64,000 nt of DNA, from the NCBI RefSeq assembly GCF_006345805.1, contig NC_043011.1, positions 63,190,464 to 63,254,463 on the forward strand, written 5' to 3'. The notes beneath the pieces are model-generated. The model was given only the letters and a program-made list of their open reading frames with translations. It did not search any database and was not told where the DNA came from. Shown one piece after another: positions 52,860 through 64,000 of the stretch. The stretch's first letter is position 1, and each line of letters opens with the position of its first letter. This DNA comes from Octopus sinensis. Lineage: Eukaryota. The translations under genes and the position numbers were made by a program.

Positions 52860-53790
52860 GGAGATATTTACTCAACAAAATGTCCAGGCTGGGAGACCCA
52901 TGAGAGTGTTTACGTAGGGATTATTGTCCTTTCATAACCCATAGAGCACAGGGACATGGAACCTGAATGGTTCGAAAATGTGTGCAGTCCGTGGTTTCGG
53001 TTGCGTTGAACCACATTCCCCTGTCTACATTCACACGTTATTCTCCTCTTTCATGTTCCTGTGGTGCAATCTTTCGTTGCTTCCGGAATATAATTATATG
53101 TGCTAAAGAAATCAGTGCCTCTGTCACGTTGTCTGTCTGTTGTGGGACACATGCCAGTTTCTTGACGAGTAACTCTGTGGGGAAACTCTTCCTCATGTCG
53201 AACGATTTGTGGTTGGGATTATAGTTTGTTACCGGTTTTATTATTGTTGCAGTTGTGGTTACGGTTGCCAGCGATGTTGATATCGCGGATCTTGTGGTTA
53301 TCACTATTGTTTCTGACGTTGTCCTTAATGTTGCTGTAGTTTTTCTTGTGGGTGCTGATGGTGTTGAAGGTGGAACTTTTTCTGGCGGCAATGTTATAAT
53401 TGGTAGTGTTGTGTGTGTGTGAGGTGTTGTGGTTGTGGTTGATTTCTGTGTATATTTTCTTTGTAAAGTTTTGTAACATCGAGTGATTTAGTTTTGTTTC
53501 TTGGTGATTTGCGATTTCTAGCCACTTGGCGGCCGAATTAACAGATGTATTCTTTCTCCTTTTCCTTCTTTATCCCTTCCCTTGTTTTCTCTCTGTCGCT
53601 CTCTTTCTTCCCCTCTCTCTTGCCCGCTGTTTCCTCTGCCTGCTACTGACACTCGACCTATGGACAGCGCTTCCTTTTCTATCCCCTTTTCACACCGGTT
53701 GCTTACGTGACTGACCTGCTATTTGTCGTTTTCTTATCTCTAGGATCCCTTGACATTTTGACCCTTGGCCATAATTTGCTCGTTTCTTGC
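52860..53790 (-). mobile_element. Putative 5'/ORF1 fragment of a non-LTR element (Thr-rich low-complexity ORF)
   Basis: Overlapping broken ORFs 53038..53391 and 53219..53479 follow a purine-rich leader. No diagnostic domain is recognised. Confidence 0.3.
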
Positions 53791-54065
53791 TGGTTTCAAT
53801 TTTGTACAATATTTTAAATAACGTCTATTCACATTCGTGTGTCCACTGTATATTGTTTTCTTTCCTCTCGGCCCCAAATTCTTCGCTAATTTCGTGGGCA
53901 CGGCCAGTATGGGAAGCTCTCAGTTTTAAGACTGAGGGTGCCAAACGGCATAATAATATCTTGTTCATAACTAATGAAGAATTAGGGAGCTCCTGTGTCT
54001 GTCTCACTGTTCGTTGTACACTCGGTATACATTGTACATCTTTACTCCTTTTATTAACAGTAAGG

Positions 54066-54111
<46 letters not shown>

Positions 54112-54124
54112 CATATATTAGTTG

Positions 54125-54950
54125 AAAGTTAGAGAATAACAGGAAACGAAGAGATGTGTATGAACAACAAGTTGTTGTAATTGTTTGACGCTCCGGAAAG
54201 TGAGAGGGTCTTTACGTTTCTAGTTTACGGTTTTCAACAGAATGGAATAAGTGAAAATAAGCAGAGTGAGAATAAAAGAAAATAATTTGGGTTTAGAAGT
54301 CAAGCATGGCGATCGGTTGGAAAAGGTAACGGGTAGACAGGAGAAGTAGAAATAAAGGGATATAATAAAATATTGGTGATCTGAAACGAATAAAGCGTGT
54401 GTATTTGAGGATGTGTAAATGTGGGGCTGTGTGGATAGGGGCTAGTGAATTTGACGCCTGTAGATGTGCGTGTGTGTGTATGTAATGTGTGGGTGTGTAA
54501 TGTGTCTGTGCATAAGTGCGTGCATCAGCGTGGATGATGGTGTGTTGTGCGGGTGCTGGGATGTCCTCAGTGACAGTGTGCGGTGGAGTGTTGTGGTTTC
54601 GTAGTGTGGTGGTGTGAGTGTGTGGGTATATGGCGGTAGGTATGTGTGTGTGGTGTGTTTGACGGTGGGATGTGGACAGAGGAGGTATCAATGAAGAGAG
54701 AAATGCGTAGGAGGGAAGAGAAGTAGTAGGTGTCAGAAGAAGAGAGGAGGGGAATTGACCTCATTTTGTTCAAAGGCATGAAGAGAGAAGATTCATTCCT
54801 GTCACGGCGAGGACGGGTTTCCAGATGGCCCCTGTGCAAAGACATTCCTGAACACAGACAGGTGTAGTATAAATGAGGAGTGAAGCGGAAATGGCGCGAG
54901 ACCGAGGTGCCATTGCCGAGTCGGATAGATTACAAATGCACGGTCCATAT
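54125..54950 (-). mobile_element. Penelope-like 3' fragment (endonuclease C-terminus plus terminal repeat with hammerhead-like motif)
   Basis: The minus strand reads SRHFRFTPH...SGMSLHRGHLETRPRRDRNE. The terminus is homologous to 35420-35825. Confidence 0.55.
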
Positions 54951-55056
54951 ATATATATATATATATATATATATGGTCTTTTCCATACCAACAAATCTAC
55001 TAGGTGAAATTGATTAATTTTATTAAATTAATTATATTCCACCCTTTATTGAATAT

Positions 55057-55102
<46 letters not shown>

Positions 55103-55133
55103 CTTTATGTATGTATGTATGTATATATCTATG

Positions 55134-55170
<37 letters not shown>

Positions 55171-55356
55171 ATGTTATATTCATATATAATTATTTATTTA
55201 TTTATTAGATATAACCACACATACACGCACAAATGTATATATATATGTCTAAGTACGTGTTGATGCGTGTTTGTCTCTATCTGTGTATATGTGTGTACGA
55301 ACTCTTTCAGATTAAAAGATTATAATATTTTGAGAAATATACAAAAATACTTTTAC

Positions 55357-55405
55357 CTCTAATGAGAAGACTGAGTAAGATTACGTATATCGACGCAGAC
55401 ATCAT
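55357..55405 (-). CDS. Gene B exon 1, signal peptide MMSASIYVILLSLLIR-G, 49 nt coding, phase 1
   Basis: ATGATG...AGAG|GTAAAA. Joined with exons 2-4 it gives an intact 94-aa ORF. Confidence 0.9.
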
Positions 55406-55469
55406 CTTCGTTTATCGCTGAAGAACATGAATGTGTGACTATGAGTCGCTTAGGTCAATGTACATTTCT

Positions 55470-55505
55470 GTGATGTAACAGATGTGTATCGAGTATAATA
55501 AATTG
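55470..55505 (-). promoter_or_regulatory. Conserved putative core promoter of gene B
   Basis: CAGATG at 55479-55484 is 74-79 nt from the ATG; TGATGTAACAGATGTG and TATAATAAATTGTAATC are identical to gene A. Confidence 0.45.
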
Positions 55506-56169
55506 TAATCATAATGTAAGTGCGATAATAAATACGATTTCAACTACTATTAATGTGCTTTAGTACTTAATTCGCAGTTGGCTGTGCTGACCATGACGTA
55601 AGATGCATTGAGAAAGACCATATTATGATTAATATATATATATATTTTTATACGAAACAAATGTTCCTAATGAGATGTGTAAAGTTATGTTTGGACGGTG
55701 CTATATGTATGATATTGCGAAAGAAGTATTTTAAACAATATTCGTAATACAATATGTGAAAAAATAACGAAAATATTGTATATAGCCACAAAGCTCATAG
55801 GCTTTCAGTCGTCAGATTTCGTACCCAAGCAAGGACTCTACTCAGAAAATAGAAATTCTATTCTTTGTTCATCTCCTTCTTCACGTTCTCTCTTCTTTTC
55901 TCCTTTTCTAAACAGTACACCCCCCACCCACACGCACATATATGTTACAATAAAATAACATTCTTCAGGTTATAATCCTGGAAAAGTAGAGGACAAGTTA
56001 TTATTGCATCTGGTAAAGTCCAGAACAAGAAAATTTATACGCAAAATATTGCATCTAAGGATAAAATTTCCAAAAAAATATTGAGATTTAGAAAGTATTA
56101 GCTATTATTGAATGAAATGAAGTAGGAGTAGGGAAAGAAGAGGAAGAAGGAGAAAGAAACGAAAAGAAA

Positions 56170-58110
56170 GATACAGGAATGCTGTAACACAGTAGATTGT
56201 AATCTTCATTCATGGTGAAATGACCTAAAAGTGACCTGTTGTGAACGTAGCAGTAATGGTTGGAATTGTTCTAAATTCTTGCAGTAGTTTCATCTGCAGG
56301 TGAAGTATTCAAAATAAGTTTATATTTTACGATAAAATATGCCTCGTTGTAAATATGCTTATTATAGGCTGCGTTGTCCCTGAATTTATAGAGGGGACAA
56401 TTTCTAAAGTTGGGTTATTCATTAGAGGCGCAAATATCGAGGGACCATTGTAGGTCCCTTTTTAGTAAAGCGATGTTCTGGAGGATGGCGTCAAAGGCCT
56501 CATTGTTTAGGAGTTTGTGCGTGGATATGTATGGCAGGACTTGGTTGTAAATTCTTCTTCAGTTGGAGATGTCTGTGTTTGTGCATGTTGAGTCGTAGGG
56601 CACGTTGAAAGCCTACATCAAATAGTGATTGTGAGTAGTTCCTCCTGATAAGTGTATCTCCTGACTGACGAATTCGTGTGTCTCTGGTGCTTCTTTCAGA
56701 TACTATAGTACAAATCCTTTTTGTAAGTGATATTCATTCTAGTGTGTCTGGGGTGAGATGAGTTGCACGGCAGGTATTGCTTGGAGTCCGTTGGCTTATA
56801 ATATATGTCTGTCCCTATTTTGTCGTTGGATTTCTTATTGAGAATGTCGAGGAATGGAAGTTGTTGGTGCCTATATTCCATCGTAAATTGAATGCTTATG
56901 TCAAGTACATTTATAAGTCCTTAAAATTGTCTAAGTCTCTAAACTTTCGTGCCAAAGAATGAACCAGTCATCTTTTCCTGTTATTTTCTATGTACAGGGA
57001 GAATGGGTTTCCATATTTTCTAGAACCTTACGATAAAGATTGATTTCTAGGTACACCACGATTAGATTATCAAAGGGGGAGACCATTCGCCTGCCCATTG
57101 CAGTCTCCGATTTCTGTCGATAGAAGTTGTCATTAAATACGAAGAAGTCATTCTCGAAAATGAATCTTTAGCCCTTCTGTTTACGAATTCGCTTTTGATG
57201 CGGCGTGGGAGTTCATTTGAGTAATCTTCTAGCTAGAATTGGTTTGCCTCTACCCCTAGGTTGTGAGGGATAATGGAATAGAGGTTGACTCTAACAAAGG
57301 ATAGTAGTAGGGTGTTATTATTAATTGTTTCGGGGAGGTGATGGAGCATATCCAGGTCGTCCCTAAAGTATCTTTTGATATGATTGAGGAATGGTTTCAA
57401 GAGGGGTGTCTAAAAAGTTACTGAGGCGATGAGTTTCGCATGCGGGGCTTGCTTTTATGGGTCTTAATTTGAGGTCATTAGGATTAGGGAGCTTGACTAT
57501 CATGTCTGTGGCTCCCATGCATCAGTCACTTATTTTATCGCTTTTGTGTATCTTAGGAATACCGTAGAATCGACTGGATTTACTATTGAATTTAGTGATA
57601 TAGTAGGGCTTGTCGGTGAGTCCTACACTGTATAAGTTTAACACTGTATTTAGGCTTTTCATTATTTTCTGTTGACTTTATTGTTCTACTTTTTCATTAT
57701 ATGTTGTGTCTTTTAATATGTATAGCACTAGGGTTATGTAATATACCGTGCGATTTAAGACTACTGCACTCCCTTTATCGGCCTCTTTGATTGTTATTGT
57801 ATAACCATCCTTTGATATATTCAGCTCAGACGATTTGTTTTGCTGAAGTTTGGCTTGTATTTTTGTTTGTGCATATGTTGATATGAGTAATTCGTGCTGT
57901 GTTCACCGACGTGGTCACGAGTTTTATTCTTATATTTGATGGGGTTTCCTCTTTGTATTTGTATAGTTTCTCGGCGAGTCGTAATTTTCAGCAGTATTTC
58001 GCAACGTTCTTTTTTTCGTTGTAGTTGGGGCGTTGGGGGGTGTGTGTAAATTTGAGCCCATTAGAGAGGATGTTCCTTTGGTCCGATTAAAAATTAAGTC
58101 CGATTTAAAA
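56170..58110 (-). mobile_element. Decayed Penelope-like retroelement (RT, thumb, start of endonuclease)
   Basis: The minus strand reads TIKEADKGSAVVL (~57780) and LPFLDILNKKSNDKIGTDIYYKPTDSKQYLPCNSSHPRHT (ORF 56696..56881). Confidence 0.85.
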
Positions 58111-58149
58111 AATGTCGATTTTAAATTAATAAAATTATAAATAAATACT

Positions 58150-59040
58150 CACAAATATCGCGTGAAAGTTATCTGGGCTCATATGCCCAACGCCGTTGAC
58201 TGACGTTTTCTTTTATTCCGGTTGGATGGATGAGCGTAGTCGGCTCCATTCTTCGTCAACTTTCTCTCCACATTCTGCCATCTTTTACGAAACGTGCAAT
58301 GCGTCATATATCGCTTTTCCATCCTGATCTTACTTTTAAGGTGATAGTTAAAGTAATTAACTAGACCTTGGCTAGAAATAAATGTACCTGTCGCAATCCC
58401 TTTCACGCGTGTCTTCCGTACTGTTTCTATCAGTATGCCTATAGCACAGGAAATATTGTCCTTTCTCTCCCTGTTAAGGGATGAGGGCGGAACAATCTTG
58501 ATAATTGATTCAGTTGATAGCGGTACTCGTCTTGTCGTTGTTAACAGTTGTTCGACATTGATTATCAGTCCCTTTAATTAGGCGCACTTCACGAAGGCGT
58601 GCATGACTGTTTCACTGTCCATCGCGAAACTTGGGTATGTCGGTGGGGTGGCACTACTCTGCCTCGAAAGCCTCTCTCTAGCAAGTAAGTCCGATCGGTA
58701 ACACAACCAGGCTAGTGACTGTTGGTAATTATCCAGGTACTCCTGCCTGAAAGTCCTTCCGAACAGGTTGACCAACTGATTTCCATCGAAGCCCAATATC
58801 TCCCCCAGGTCATCGTCTGACATATGCACTACTAACCCGTTATAAAAGTCCACGTTGGAACACCAGTTGCTGGCGTTACCCGCCCAGGAGAGAAGTGTGA
58901 GGGCCTTTCAATAATCCATTTGCTAAGCACACAGTCAAGGTCTTCGCCTGATCCAAGGACCTAAATCCCGAAGGGAGGTCCACTGTGGAAGGACGAACTT
59001 CATGAGGTGTTACCACACTTTCCCACCATCTAGGTGACGC
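58150..59040 (-). mobile_element. Decayed L1/Tx1-clade LINE 3' fragment
   Basis: ETVMHAFVKC (zinc-knuckle remnant) and LVNYFNYHLKSKIRMEKRY...FRKRWQNV. Confidence 0.65.
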
Positions 59041-59380
59041 CAGAGCTGCCTTATCCTCAGCGAAAATTTGCGCATCCTCAACACAGCATACCTAGTCCAC
59101 CCTTAAACGGGTTTTGGCAGCAGAGAGCACCTTACAAGTTGCCTCCCTTTCAACAAGAAAGCCAAAGAGGAGTCTCTCCAACTTGCTTAGCCACGAATCA
59201 TAACAAGGCACGACGGTCAGACGGTTGGTGATAACGGATGCAATAAATAAGAAGAAAGAGTGAGCGTGCGGTTGTCAGTGGAAAATAATAAAAGTTCAAA
59301 TTCCTATGAAAATCTATATACACAGTTAATCACGCAAAGCGTTATTTCATTGTGTAGGAATTTATGGTACAAATCAATAT

Positions 59381-64000
<4,620 letters not shown>

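Noticed and set aside
53038-53391. Thr-rich mucin-like ORF
   Set aside because: No splice sites tie it to gene B, and it overlaps a second broken frame. More likely a retroelement ORF1 remnant.

Overview
This is AT-rich eukaryotic DNA dense in microsatellites and transposons. The SINE, LINE and Penelope repeat families and the microsatellite load look like an octopus genome; this is an inference from repeat motifs, with no database check. The ORF track misses the main signal: a tandem array of small multi-exon genes on the minus strand, each encoding a signal peptide plus a six-cysteine domain spaced C-x7-C-x16-C-x8-C-x7-C-x11-C. I reconstructed three paralogs by hand. Gene E runs 24771->12480 (93 aa), gene A 38725->30656 (89 aa) and gene B 55405->44195 (94 aa, C-terminal RGD). 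They share intron phases (1, 2, 1), exon sizes (49 / 97-103 / 89 nt) and an upstream motif at an identical distance from the ATG. A fourth copy (C, with a last coding exon identical to A) enters at the right edge inside a recent duplication (26.3-31.0 kb vs 59.4-64.0 kb). A possible degenerate fifth copy (D) lies at about 5.8-9.9 kb. The rest is a full-length mariner, a decayed R4/Dong LINE in a TAA repeat, CR1-type, RTE and Tx1 LINE pieces, Penelope-like remnants with hammerhead-like termini, tRNA-derived SINEs, a Helitron-like element, two long palindromes and many simple repeats. Frequent homopolymer indels suggest an imperfectly polished assembly, so single-base lesions are uncertain.
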